Of a stretch of 62,175 nt of DNA, positions 10,676 to 20,024 are shown piece by piece. Position 1 is the stretch's first letter. Each line of letters opens with the position of its first letter. The notes beneath the pieces were generated by a model. It was given only the letters and a program-made list of their open reading frames with translations, was not told the DNA's origin and made no database searches. Source of the stretch: a virus (Duplodnaviria; Caudoviricetes); the IMG/VR virus record IMGVR_UViG_3300043595_000031, positions 1-62,175 of that record; one strand, given 5' to 3'. A program made the translations under genes and the position numbers.

Positions 10676-10989
10676 TTTACCCGCTGCTGTCGCGAAACCA
10701 GTGGTGGCGGGAAGATGGGTCGCTCGAGGAGACCGCCAATGCCCCACATGATCGCTTCCTGTGCGGTGCGATCAAGTTGCGTTTGAAGATCTTGGCACTC
10801 GGGATCCTTGGCGATCAGCGCGTTTCCGCTGTGTGTGACGCGCTCGTCCTCGGACTTCCAGTCGCCCTGGCCCTGTGGTGGCCGACTCGCAGCGAGTCTC
10901 CGAAGGCCGTCCTTCCGCTCTCGCAGCGACTTCGTCAGCTCCGCATACCTGACGACCGCGTCACTGTATGCCTGTGTGTAGCTACTCAT
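10672..10989 (-). CDS. Hypothetical protein
   Basis: ORF coupled to both neighbours by 4-bp overlaps. Confidence 0.65.
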   Translation of the reverse strand: MSSYTQAYSDAVVRYAELTKSLRERKDGLRRLAASRPPQGQGDWKSEDERVTHSGNALIAKDPECQDLQTQLDRTAQEAIMWGIGGLLERPIFPPPLVSRQQRVK

Positions 10990-11732
10990 GCTGTGATCCC
11001 CCTACTCGATCCGCCCACCCGGCTCTGTCCGACGTCGGCGCGCTGACCGGCGGCCTTACCGGCTGCCATCCCGTTTGGCGTGGCCTTGCGCGGTGGCGTC
11101 TTACGGAGGTTGACGTTCTGATCCACCCAGGCGTCGACCTTCGCCTTCCTGCTGACCAGTACCAGGTCGGTTCCCGGTCCCGTCTCCTCGACGAACTGGC
11201 GCCGCGTATCGCGGAGCTTCTGTCCGATCGCCTTGGCGAACCCGCGTACGAATGAGCGGCGGTGGTTGAACTTGTCTGTGCCGTTCATGTACGACGGGAA
11301 GTACGTGGTCGCCATCTCCCTCGTCAGTGACATCTGGCACTGTAGTGCGATGCTCTCAACGAGCTGCTGGACGAGTGTCACATCGGACTTGAAGCCGACG
11401 ACGTTGCCGTCTGTCTTGTTGTCCCCGCGACGAAGGAAGTATGCGGAGCAGTTGAGGGCTTGAGCGATCTCCACCGTGACCATCGTACCCTCGAACGAGT
11501 AACCCTTCGGAAAGGTGGTGATGATCGTTACGTTGATGATCTCTTCCTGCTGAGCGCGATCGGCATCGGCGATCGTTGCCTCCTCGATGCCCCACTGGAG
11601 CATGAGCTTCGCAGCCTTGGCGTTGTACGCGTCTCGCTCTTCGTCGGACGTGTTCGCGTGGTTCGCCTTGTCGAGGAGCTTCTTGATGATCAGCGTGCGA
11701 TTCGCCGCGCGATCTTCAGTTGACTGAGTCAT
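10986..11732 (-). CDS. DUF2786-domain protein
   Basis: IKKLLDKA...EERDAYNAKAAKLMLQWGI N-terminus; RRSFVRGF; G-rich C-terminus. Confidence 0.8.
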   Translation of the reverse strand: MTQSTEDRAANRTLIIKKLLDKANHANTSDEERDAYNAKAAKLMLQWGIEEATIADADRAQQEEIINVTIITTFPKGYSFEGTMVTVEIAQALNCSAYFLRRGDNKTDGNVVGFKSDVTLVQQLVESIALQCQMSLTREMATTYFPSYMNGTDKFNHRRSFVRGFAKAIGQKLRDTRRQFVEETGPGTDLVLVSRKAKVDAWVDQNVNLRKTPPRKATPNGMAAGKAAGQRADVGQSRVGGSSRGITA

Positions 11733-11763
11733 TTCGTTCCCTTCGTTTTCGTTCGTTGAGACG

Positions 11764-11792
11764 ATCGTATCAGGTCGGAGACGAGATGTAAA
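11764..11792 (-). promoter_or_regulatory. SigA-type promoter
   Basis: TTTACA-17 bp-TACGAT upstream of the DUF2786 gene. Confidence 0.65.
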
Positions 11793-11795
11793 ACA

Positions 11796-11823
11796 GGCCA
11801 CACCACTGGTGCGTGGTGTGGCC
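11796..11823 (-). terminator. Intrinsic terminator-like hairpin
   Basis: GGCCACACCAC/GTGGTGTGGCC stem followed by TGTTTT on the minus strand. Confidence 0.65.
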
Positions 11824-11834
11824 CGTTCAGTCGA

Positions 11835-12773
11835 TCACGCGCGGGAGAGGAGCTGCCCGGTGACCTTGTTGATCGCGCGGTGTGTCTGACCCTGCAGTGC
11901 GGCGAGGAAGCGTGACTCGGATGACCCGCCCGTGCGGTCCCACTCGAAGTACTCGGAGACGGCGTTGACGAGTCCCCAGCCGGTACCCGCGTAGCCCACG
12001 GTCTCCGTGCGCGACTGCCAGTTGATCAGGATCTTGCCGATCGTCTCCGCGCGACGAGGACGGTCGGGCAGGACGCGCGTCAGGATCTGCGTCGCGTTCT
12101 CCGTGTCCACCATCGTCTTGACCAGTCGCTGAACGTTGTCGGTGTAGATCGCGGCGTACTCGGTGAGGCGAGTCATCGACTCATTCACAGCAGCGAGCTT
12201 GGACTTGACGTCACCCGTGTGCGTGACGGTCCAGCGGTGCTCCACACCCTTACGGAAGGATGCAAGCGTCAGCTGGTTCATGCAGCGCTGGCGAAGCGGC
12301 ATCACCATCACCTCGACGGCGCGTGAGCAGTCGTGGCTCGTGCGAAGCGTCGCGAACATCTCGTGTGGGTCATCGCCCAGCGGGTCGAATGAACCCGTCG
12401 GAGTCCGCACGACCATGAAGGCCTGCCGACCACCGCGGAGTCCGCCTGCCGCAACGAAGTGTGGGGAGACGGTGTCCATGAAGTCGAACGCCTCGCCGTA
12501 CTGGACGACGGGATACGACTTGCTGACGATGCTGAGCCAGTCGCCCGTGTCATCGCGGACGATGGCCTTACGACCCTCCACCTTGGTGAACTTGGGTGGT
12601 GCACCCTCCTTTTTGACGGAGAAGTACACAGGCTGCTGCGAGACGGTGAAGTTGATCCCACCCATCTCGGCGGCAGCCATCGCGGTGACGGGCTCGTCGA
12701 CGAGCTTACCCAGCTTCATCCACGGGACCTCGCGGGCGGAGAACATCGTGTCGGTGTCGGGTGCTGCGGTCAT
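11835..12773 (-). CDS. DUF932 / phage-plasmid TIGR03299-like protein
   Basis: PWMKLG, YPVVQ, TSHD, CMNQL and GTGWGLVNAVSEY motifs. Confidence 0.88.
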   Translation of the reverse strand: MTAAPDTDTMFSAREVPWMKLGKLVDEPVTAMAAAEMGGINFTVSQQPVYFSVKKEGAPPKFTKVEGRKAIVRDDTGDWLSIVSKSYPVVQYGEAFDFMDTVSPHFVAAGGLRGGRQAFMVVRTPTGSFDPLGDDPHEMFATLRTSHDCSRAVEVMVMPLRQRCMNQLTLASFRKGVEHRWTVTHTGDVKSKLAAVNESMTRLTEYAAIYTDNVQRLVKTMVDTENATQILTRVLPDRPRRAETIGKILINWQSRTETVGYAGTGWGLVNAVSEYFEWDRTGGSSESRFLAALQGQTHRAINKVTGQLLSRA

Positions 12774-12811
12774 CAGTGGCTCCTTCGTTCGTTTGGTTCG
12801 TTGGTAAGTTC

Positions 12812-12840
12812 ACTGTAGCACTGCGATGCGGTTGTGTCAA
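12812..12840 (-). promoter_or_regulatory. Near-consensus SigA promoter
   Basis: TTGACA-17 bp-TACAGT. Confidence 0.8.
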
Positions 12841-13032
12841 CTACGCGGCCTGCGCGCTGTCCCGGTGGAACTTATTGCAGCTGACGTCGTCCGTACGGAC
12901 GATCTTCCAGTCCGTGGGGCTACCTGGGGCGGCGGCCAGAACGGCGTTCTCAGCCTCTTCTGCCGTCCCCGCCTCGACCTCCAGAAAGAAGTACTGCGGC
13001 TTTGTCAGCTCTACGTAAAAGATCTTCTTCAT
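12841..13032 (-). CDS. Hypothetical protein
   Basis: 63 aa with strong AGGAGG RBS. Confidence 0.7.
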   Translation of the reverse strand: MKKIFYVELTKPQYFFLEVEAGTAEEAENAVLAAAPGSPTDWKIVRTDDVSCNKFHRDSAQAA

Positions 13033-13068
13033 TCGTACACCTCCTAAGTTAACTGTACCAGGTCGCAG

Positions 13069-13098
13069 CGAAGGCCGTCACAGCGGTGACGGCCTTCG
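13069..13098. terminator. Terminator-like hairpin
   Basis: CGAAGGCCGTCAC/GTGACGGCCTTCG 13-bp stem. Confidence 0.65.
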
Positions 13099-13099
13099 T

Positions 13100-13467
<368 letters not shown>

Positions 13468-13468
<1 letters not shown>

Positions 13469-13761
13469 TAGAAGCCCATGTCCTCGAGCGACGTCCAGCC
13501 ACGATCCCACTTGGAGTTCGTAGTGGACTTGGCTCGTTTCGTACGTGCTCCGCGCTCGGCGAACTTGAGAGTCTCGTAGTGCTTCTGACGGCAGGCCTCG
13601 ATCGTCCTGCTCAGCGTCTCTGCGATCTCCTCGAGGGTGGCCTCGCTCCAGCATTCCATGAGGAGGTCGGTCTCGTGAGCTTCCCAGAGTTCGCCGTGTG
13701 CCTCGGCGGTTTCGCGACTCTGCTCGTTCGCTTCCTGACGGGCAGCGTAATTGTGAGACAT
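13468..13761 (-). CDS. Small HTH/Myb-like DNA-binding protein
   Basis: WEAHETDLL...TLEEIAETLSRTIEAC pattern. Confidence 0.6.
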
Positions 13762-13846
13762 ACTTTCACTCCTTCGTTCGTTCCTCCAGATCGATCTGGA
13801 TTCCGAGCCACCCGGCTTTCACCGGGTGGAACGGGAACCAGACGAG

Positions 13847-14494
13847 CTACGCGGTTGTGGAAGTCTTGATGACGTGCTTGACCCAGCCGGGCTTAACACC
13901 AACCTTAACTGCGATCTCCTCGGGCGTGGGCGTGGGGATCGCGGCTGCCAGTGCGAGAATCTTCGTCTTTCCGCTCTCCGGCTTGGCGGTCACTGCCTGG
14001 GTTGGCGTCGTCACCGGGGTGACGGTGGCAGTGGCGTGTACCGGCTCGGGCGTTGATTCGACTGGCTGGACAGTGGTCGCAACGGCGACCTGTACTCGGG
14101 CAACGTAGGTTCGTAGGCGGCTCGCAATAAGCTCGGCAAGCATGTATGCGAGAACGGGCCAGGCGTGCGCCGCGGCGGCACCCGCACCAACTTCGAGACC
14201 AGCGATGATGTTAGCCGTGATGCTCGTGCTAAGCGCGATCACCAGGATCCATCCTACCAGCTTGCGATCCGGAAATCCGGGCACCTGGAGCGCGATGGCC
14301 GCGCAGATGGCGAGAATGTCGATCGTAGCGGCAATCCCCCACGCAAAAGCCGTGGTGAGGGACCAACTCTTAAGGAGTTCCACCTGGGTCCCGAAGCTGG
14401 TTACCGCCCCAATCACGGCGATCAGGTAAGCCAGCTTCTTAACGGACTTGGCTGCCTTGAGTACGTACTCAACCGGAATAGTGGTGAGGTCCAT
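13847..14494 (-). CDS. DUF2637/SpdA-like membrane protein with C-terminal HTH
   Basis: About four hydrophobic segments (SFG..., IAATID, SITAN, AWP), Thr/Pro linker, PEEIAVKVGVKPGWV HTH. Confidence 0.65.
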   Translation of the reverse strand: MDLTTIPVEYVLKAAKSVKKLAYLIAVIGAVTSFGTQVELLKSWSLTTAFAWGIAATIDILAICAAIALQVPGFPDRKLVGWILVIALSTSITANIIAGLEVGAGAAAAHAWPVLAYMLAELIASRLRTYVARVQVAVATTVQPVESTPEPVHATATVTPVTTPTQAVTAKPESGKTKILALAAAIPTPTPEEIAVKVGVKPGWVKHVIKTSTTA

Positions 14495-14544
14495 ACTGAT
14501 TCCTTTCGTTCGTTTCTGTGGAGTTGTCAAGTGTCCAACCGCTT

Positions 14545-14599
14545 GGACTCATCAGGACCGGAGTACCGGCCGACGCCCTGTGGAAGCGGCGTTTCGTCC
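14545..14599 (-). ncRNA. Type II hammerhead ribozyme
   Basis: Minus strand: GGAC-GAAA-[CGCC/GGCG]-TC-[GGCCGG/CCGGTC]-CTGATGA-GTCC; predicted cleavage after C at 14572. Confidence 0.92.
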
Positions 14600-14788
14600 T
14601 TAGCTGTGAAGCTTGCAGGTTCGCTGGCCGTGAATCTTGATGATCCCCAGGTTGACGGTGATCGGGCCACAGTTGCAGGTCGTGTCGTAAACCCGGTTCA
14701 AGGTCTTCCGTGTGTCGAGGATGATGAAGATCGTTACGATCGATACGAGGATCGACGTGCCGGTGAGGATCAGTGCGACTGCGTTCAT
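14600..14788 (-). CDS. Small membrane protein
   Basis: N-terminal TM helix; AAGGA RBS; upstream TATAAT. Confidence 0.6.
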   Translation of the reverse strand: MNAVALILTGTSILVSIVTIFIILDTRKTLNRVYDTTCNCGPITVNLGIIKIHGQRTCKLHS

Positions 14789-14837
14789 TGCTTCAATTCC
14801 TTCGTTTGTAGTTGTTCTTCTAGTTCTATTATATCAC

Positions 14838-14871
14838 ATACCGTCCCGCCGTGCAACCGGCGGGACGGTAT
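14838..14871. terminator. Terminator-like hairpin
   Basis: ATACCGTCCCGCCG/CGGCGGGACGGTAT 14-bp perfect stem. Confidence 0.7.
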
Positions 14872-14970
14872 TTATCTCGTTTTCTTACGAACTGTCGGGA
14901 ACTTGACAGCGTTTTGAGCGCTATCCTTCACCCACGGATCAGCCCCTCCTCCACGATCGACCTCCTTCGC

Positions 14971-15915
14971 CTAGGCTGGGATGTCTGGACCCGTCTGACT
15001 CGTGAGCGTCTGCGACGCAGTCGTGAGGGAGATCGCGTGCCTGTGCGGTCCGGCATCTCCGTCGTCTCCACCGCCGACGGTGCCGTCCGCGTTGATTACG
15101 CGGCGCCGGCCCAAGATCCGGTCAACCTCGTCGACGGACCAGTTACTGAGCACCGACTCCGGCCAGCCGTTCGCGTTCGGTTTTGGCAGCGCGCGGATGC
15201 CTGGGTGGGCGAGTGTCAGCTTCCCGTAATCGTCGTTGTCCCTGATCAGCTCGCGCCACCCACCTTGACTGATCCAGAACCCGTCGTTCTCCGCACCGTG
15301 TACGGCCGCGCTAAGCCAGAACGTGTTCACCGTCATGTCGTCGTCTTCTCCTCCTGCCAGCCACTGGGCCAGCGTCTCACCCTTCAAGATCGAGATCATC
15401 GCCCGGTACACGGACAGCGTTCGCAGGAACTTACGAAGGACGCTAAAGTGCATGTGCCAGGTGTGGGTGGCATCCGGGGTTCGCTCTGTCCACGAGACGA
15501 AGTCGTAGCCGTCGGCGGAGACGTCTGGATCTCCTTGACACAGCACCTCACGCCAGCCTTTGAGGCGCGGATCATGCGCGGCCCACGCGGCGCGAATGCG
15601 ACCGCCGTACTTACGGAAGTTCGTGAAGTTCCCGGCCTGCGCGGACAAGAACGTCCAGTCCACCGCGGCGCCGAACTGCTCCAGTGGTGTGCCGCCCACC
15701 TTGTCGTCCGGCAGCTTAATGGAGTAATCATTGCGCCAGATGAAGGCGCCATCGACCTTGTGATTCCACAGCTCCCAGTAGTCACAGTGGTAGCCCGGCT
15801 TAAATCGCCCCCACGCACCGGCGAACACCGTGTCCTTCGACTCGATGCGCTCAAGCTCCTCGACGAACCACCACATCTCAGCCGTGATGTGAGCCGGCTG
15901 CGGGTTGTTGGCCAT
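14971..15915 (-). CDS. Putative endolysin (M15/LAS-type Zn peptidase)
   Basis: GYH...AAVD...HTWHMHFS metal-ligand pattern; catalytic domain followed by GGEDDDM linker and a second domain, the usual actinophage lysin layout. Confidence 0.6.
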   Translation of the reverse strand: MANNPQPAHITAEMWWFVEELERIESKDTVFAGAWGRFKPGYHCDYWELWNHKVDGAFIWRNDYSIKLPDDKVGGTPLEQFGAAVDWTFLSAQAGNFTNFRKYGGRIRAAWAAHDPRLKGWREVLCQGDPDVSADGYDFVSWTERTPDATHTWHMHFSVLRKFLRTLSVYRAMISILKGETLAQWLAGGEDDDMTVNTFWLSAAVHGAENDGFWISQGGWRELIRDNDDYGKLTLAHPGIRALPKPNANGWPESVLSNWSVDEVDRILGRRRVINADGTVGGGDDGDAGPHRHAISLTTASQTLTSQTGPDIPA

Positions 15916-15939
15916 ACGACGATTCTACCACAGACACAA

Positions 15940-15967
15940 ACATGGCGGCCACTGTGGGCCGCCGTGT
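15940..15967 (-). terminator. Terminator-like hairpin
   Basis: ACATGGCGGCC/GGCCGCCGTGT stem after the 15982 stop. Confidence 0.5.
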
Positions 15968-15981
15968 CTGAAGTGCGTGAC

Positions 15982-16278
15982 TTACTCCGTGGGTGCCACC
16001 GGCGCCTCGGGCGCTGCCGGCACCTCGGGCGCGACGTAGTCGACCGACTGCCACACAGAGCCGACCTTCTTGATCTTCGGCGGGCCCGCACGCGAGAGGC
16101 GGTAGAGGCTCAGGTACACCTCGTTGCCGGCCAGCCCTGTGCGATCCACCAGCTGCTTGCGCGTGCCGGGCGCCTCGACGATTACGGCGAGAACCTTCTC
16201 GTCGCGCTCGATGGTCGAATCCGGTCGCGGACGGCCGCGGGTGGCGGTGTCGGTGGCCGGAGCCTCAGGCTCAGTCAT
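15982..16278 (-). CDS. Winged-HTH DNA-binding protein
   Basis: RGRPRP, then TRKQLVDRTGL..NEVYLSLYRL. Confidence 0.65.
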   Translation of the reverse strand: MTEPEAPATDTATRGRPRPDSTIERDEKVLAVIVEAPGTRKQLVDRTGLAGNEVYLSLYRLSRAGPPKIKKVGSVWQSVDYVAPEVPAAPEAPVAPTE

Positions 16279-16313
16279 CTTGTCTCCTTCGCTGATTTTG
16301 CTTGTCTCGACTA

Positions 16314-17513
16314 CTATATCAAGCTTGGGTGATCGTTGGTTGTGTTGATGTCATACTCTCTCTCCGCGATGAGAGTTCCGGTGTACGATCCGGGGGCACC
16401 GTCCAGCGCCGCACGGATCCAGCCACCGATCCAGTGGCCACAGTCGACCGTGATGCCCTTACCCCAGGTCATGTTGAGTCCGCTGACTCCGCGCAGTGGG
16501 AGGATGCGCCAGTCGTCGGGGAATCCGAGGATGCGGGCCGTCTCACGGTGAGTGATCGTACGATCCAGACGAGGATGCACCACATTATGAAGGCCGCCGC
16601 CAGTGATGACTCGACCACTTTTCTGCCCATCCCAGCGGACGGGGGTTGTGAACCCCATGAAGAAGTCATTCTTGATCACCTTCTCTTCGGTCGCTCGCCA
16701 CGAGTCTGGAAGCTTGCCGTGCTTCGTCCAGTATGCGCGTGCGACCTCGCCGATCGCCATGCTTGGCTTCCAGTCGACACCGGCCATGAGGTCGCGCATG
16801 CGCCTGGTGAGTGGGTTGTCCAGCCCCACGTGCCCGTCTACGGAGCCGCCGTCCGACCGCCGACCAACTGACCACCAGGTCGGTGGCATCCGGTACGGCT
16901 GGGCCTGCCACGTCGAGCTCAGGTTCTCGAGGTCTCCGATAACGTCGTTCAGTCGAGGAATTCGCCTAAGCGCTGGACGCTCGATACCGAAAGGCACCCG
17001 TGAGGCAAGCCAGAAGTAGCGTCGTCGTACCGCTGCTCCGCCAACGGCGAGTGCGTTATGACGAATGTGATAAAGGGTCCATACGTCGCCAGTACGCTCA
17101 GTAAGACGCTCTCGCAGTGCCCGCATAAGGGCGTGTCCGTCGACGGAGGTGTAAGCGTTCTGAACGGACTCGAAGACCGCCATCTGCGGTCGTACGCGAG
17201 CTGCATAGTCTGCGAACGCCCACATGCAGTGATTGATCTTCGAATCCGCGCCGCGAAAGTCTCGCGCGGACATGACGCTGAAACCTGAACACGGCGGATT
17301 GCCAAAGACGACGTCAGCGTCGACGGTCGTCCACGCCTCGGGGACAACCGCCTCAGCTCGCCAAGTATCTCCGAGGAGATGGCGGTTATGTTCACAGTTC
17401 GCGACACCGAACCCTCCCTTCATTTCACGCTTGCCGACGAGTGTGAAGCCCGCCTGGACCATGCCCAGCGTGAAACCACCCGCGAAGCCTTGACAGTCAA
17501 CCGCTCGATACAC
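16314..17513 (-). CDS. DNA (cytosine-5) methyltransferase homolog with diverged motifs
   Basis: GNPPCSGFS (motif IV), FESV (VI), RRRYF (VIII), TITHRETARILGFPD (IX); GTG start at 17513 with GGGAG RBS. Confidence 0.85.
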   Translation of the reverse strand: MYRAVDCQGFAGGFTLGMVQAGFTLVGKREMKGGFGVANCEHNRHLLGDTWRAEAVVPEAWTTVDADVVFGNPPCSGFSVMSARDFRGADSKINHCMWAFADYAARVRPQMAVFESVQNAYTSVDGHALMRALRERLTERTGDVWTLYHIRHNALAVGGAAVRRRYFWLASRVPFGIERPALRRIPRLNDVIGDLENLSSTWQAQPYRMPPTWWSVGRRSDGGSVDGHVGLDNPLTRRMRDLMAGVDWKPSMAIGEVARAYWTKHGKLPDSWRATEEKVIKNDFFMGFTTPVRWDGQKSGRVITGGGLHNVVHPRLDRTITHRETARILGFPDDWRILPLRGVSGLNMTWGKGITVDCGHWIGGWIRAALDGAPGSYTGTLIAEREYDINTTNDHPSLI

Positions 17514-17673
17514 GACGCCGCTCCCTGTGCGTTCGAACGCAGTAGAGATCCTTATCGTACGACCGCAGGTCGGCGCAGGGCGCGCCGGGTGGAGCGTTGC
17601 ACTTCGGACACATACACGCACGCGCAAGCGTAATGAGCTCTCGTACGCTGTGTGTCCGAAGTGTTGGCCGCAT
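17497..17673 (-). CDS. Small Zn-finger protein
   Basis: CPKCNAPPGAPC...H-x-x-R pattern. Confidence 0.6.
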   Translation of the reverse strand: MRPTLRTHSVRELITLARACMCPKCNAPPGAPCADLRSYDKDLYCVRTHRERRRVSSG

Positions 17674-17683
17674 GATCTGGATT

Positions 17684-18160
17684 CTATACCGCCCGTGATC
17701 CGAGGTACGCACCGCAGACGCAGTGTATGTCCACCCGCTGGGTGGATTGTGCGAAGACTTCCTTCGCGTCCATGTCGTCCAGTGCGCGCTGGCAGTTGAG
17801 GCACTTCGTCGCGACACCGTCGTAGCCGTTCTCCTGGCGTTCGATGTTCGTCGCCAGCTTCGTCACGTACTTCTCGTAGAGCTCGTCGGAGTCGACGCCC
17901 ATGTGAAGGAGGAGGTTCATGAAGAAGTGCCAGGCGTCGATGAGCTCCTTCACCGCTGCGTCGCGGTTGATGTGGCGTGAGGTTGCCCACTCCTTCCAGC
18001 CCATCTCGTTGATGGCCTCGTACAGTTCGGCGATCAGTGCGAACATCGAGATCTTGAAGTTCGTGATGCGCTGCTCTTCCGTCTGCTCTTCGAGTGTGTA
18101 GCCATTGAGCTTCTCTTGGAACGAACGCTGCATCTCAAGCATACTCGCAAGCCGGTCCAT
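17684..18160 (-). CDS. Dimeric all-alpha dUTPase/dCTPase (MazG superfamily) with C-terminal Cys motifs
   Basis: ELYEAINE..WKEW..KELIDAWHF..NIERQENGY. Confidence 0.85.
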   Translation of the reverse strand: MDRLASMLEMQRSFQEKLNGYTLEEQTEEQRITNFKISMFALIAELYEAINEMGWKEWATSRHINRDAAVKELIDAWHFFMNLLLHMGVDSDELYEKYVTKLATNIERQENGYDGVATKCLNCQRALDDMDAKEVFAQSTQRVDIHCVCGAYLGSRAV

Positions 18161-19020
18161 TAGTGTCCCTTCAGTGCGCGTGCGATGCCTTCTTCGAGCG
18201 TGATCTTCGGTGTGTAGTGCATGTGCAGTCGGTCCGTGTTACCCACGCGGTAGAACACACCCAGCGGTGCGTCGCGGTCCACGTCCAGATCGGGCTCATA
18301 CCCGGCCGAGTTGGTGATCATCCGAGCCAGCTCTCCCATCGACGTGGGACGGCCTGTGCACAGGTTCACGGGCTTCTGCATTCCGTCCGCGATGAGCTTC
18401 ACGATGGCGTCGCAGATGTCGTCGATGTGGATGAAGTCGCGAACCTGCTCCGCGCTGCCCCAGATCTTGAACGGATCATCGCGGCGGCGTGCGCGCTCAA
18501 TGAACGCGCGGAACGGGAAGTCCTCCGACTGGTCCGTGCCGTACCCGGAGAACGGTCGCACGATGGTACCGTCGAGTCCGTTCGCAATCGCCGTCATCAT
18601 GAGGCGCTCACCGACGAGCTTCGTGAACCCGTACGTGTCGGCGGGTTCGTCGACGGAGTCTGTGTCTCTCTCTTGAAGTTTCGTCGGCACCTCCTGCATC
18701 CACGCCGGGTAGACGGCCGATGACGAGAGGTACACGAAGTGCCGCTGCCGCGTGCGCGCTGCCCACTCAATCATCGACGCATCGAGCTTGACGTTGTACG
18801 CGAAGTGTTCCGGCTGGGTGTCGATTGCGCGGCGGTTTGGTCCGGCGGCCGCCGCGTGGATGACGAGATCAAACTCGCGGCCGGTCTCACGCACGTAGTG
18901 CATCGCGTCGAGACCGTGTTGCGCGTCGATGCCCGTGACGTCCCAGCCGTCATCGGCGAGACGACTGAGCATGTGACGACCGACGAAGCCGGCGTGCCCC
19001 GTGATCAGTGCCTTTTTCAC
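18160..19020 (-). CDS. NAD-dependent NDP-sugar epimerase/dehydratase (extended SDR)
   Basis: GHAGFVG, SSSAVY, YGFTK, RDFIHIDD. Confidence 0.93.
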   Translation of the reverse strand: MKKALITGHAGFVGRHMLSRLADDGWDVTGIDAQHGLDAMHYVRETGREFDLVIHAAAAGPNRRAIDTQPEHFAYNVKLDASMIEWAARTRQRHFVYLSSSAVYPAWMQEVPTKLQERDTDSVDEPADTYGFTKLVGERLMMTAIANGLDGTIVRPFSGYGTDQSEDFPFRAFIERARRRDDPFKIWGSAEQVRDFIHIDDICDAIVKLIADGMQKPVNLCTGRPTSMGELARMITNSAGYEPDLDVDRDAPLGVFYRVGNTDRLHMHYTPKITLEEGIARALKGH

Positions 19021-20024
19021 AGTGTCTTCCAATCTGCGACCCACGCCTTGGCGAACGCCGTGGTGTCACGGGGTAGGATGTCGCCGGTGGCGTAGACGAG
19101 TTCGTCCCACGCGTGCCACAGTGGCATGCTGGCGGAGATGTGTGCGTTCTGCAGCGCGGTGATGAAGTCGAACGTGTGGTGCATTCCCCACAGCTCTGCG
19201 CGTAGATCGTTCACGAGGTTGTGTTCGTTGCGATCCTGTCGCACGACCGGTTCACCGACGAAGAGCCCGACATTGTGCTCACGCGCGATGCGGTGGAAGA
19301 GGAACGACGCGAAGATGTCGTCGAACCGGCCGATGCCCGGTAGGCAGACCATGAGTGGCGCCCACTTGATGTCCCACATCGTCGCCTGCGTGTTGAACGC
19401 CGCGTACACACCGGGACGAATCACCGCGTTCGTTCGCACTGCCTTCACGTCGGGAGCGTGCGCCATGCGCTCAATGGCGTCGCAGTCTGGGTCGCCGAGC
19501 ACTTGGGCCTGCGCCACGACGACGCGGCAACCCTCGTTCGCGCGAACGATGATGGGTGTCGTAGCGACACCGTACGGCACACCACGCTGGTGGAACATGG
19601 GTGAGCACAGCGCACCCGTGTTGAGAAACGGCGACTTGGACGAGATGAACGTGAGCTGCTCGGGGAACGCTGCGAAGTTGCGCAGGTGTCCGTCGATGAA
19701 CTCCGTGACGTTGGGTAGTGGAAAGTTATCGTCGTCGACGGTGATGACGTAGTCGTACTGCTTCCGGCGAAGCACCTCCATGATGGCGGCACTGCGCCGC
19801 TGAATCTTGTTCCAGCCCAGGAGTTCCGACCAGGCGAACTCGGCGGACTGGTACTCGGGCGAGAGGTAGATGCCGTCGACGTCCGTGAGGTAGTCACGGA
19901 GCATGAGTGGTGTCTTGCGATCACCGGCAACGATGAGGTCTACGCGGTCGTCGGACGACCACGCCTCGTACGCGGACGGAGCCGCGTTGATGCTGGTGCT
20001 CACCACGGCGATGTTACGCGTCAC
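19017..20024 (-). CDS. GT75 / RGP (UDP-arabinopyranose mutase)-STELLO-like protein
   Basis: VAGDRKTP, TVDDDN, RGVPY, GDPDCDAIER, FNTQAT, GRFDDIF. Confidence 0.7.
   Translation of the reverse strand: MTRNIAVVSTSINAAPSAYEAWSSDDRVDLIVAGDRKTPLMLRDYLTDVDGIYLSPEYQSAEFAWSELLGWNKIQRRSAAIMEVLRRKQYDYVITVDDDNFPLPNVTEFIDGHLRNFAAFPEQLTFISSKSPFLNTGALCSPMFHQRGVPYGVATTPIIVRANEGCRVVVAQAQVLGDPDCDAIERMAHAPDVKAVRTNAVIRPGVYAAFNTQATMWDIKWAPLMVCLPGIGRFDDIFASFLFHRIAREHNVGLFVGEPVVRQDRNEHNLVNDLRAELWGMHHTFDFITALQNAHISASMPLWHAWDELVYATGDILPRDTTAFAKAWVADWKTL

Noticed and set aside
13785-13845. Ribozyme between the two hammerhead-flanked genes
   Set aside because: Only simple hairpins (CCACCCGG/CCGGGTGG, TCCAGAT/ATCTGGA); no catalytic core recognised
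14851-16332. 493-aa plus-strand ORF and many similar long ORFs (e.g. 26148-27215, 46804-47880, 56209-57258)
   Set aside because: Antisense shadows of well-supported genes, expected at high GC; no motifs
17514-17990. Long N-terminal extension of the methyltransferase ORF
   Set aside because: Overlaps the dNTPase and Zn-finger genes; motif I and an RBS place the start at 17513
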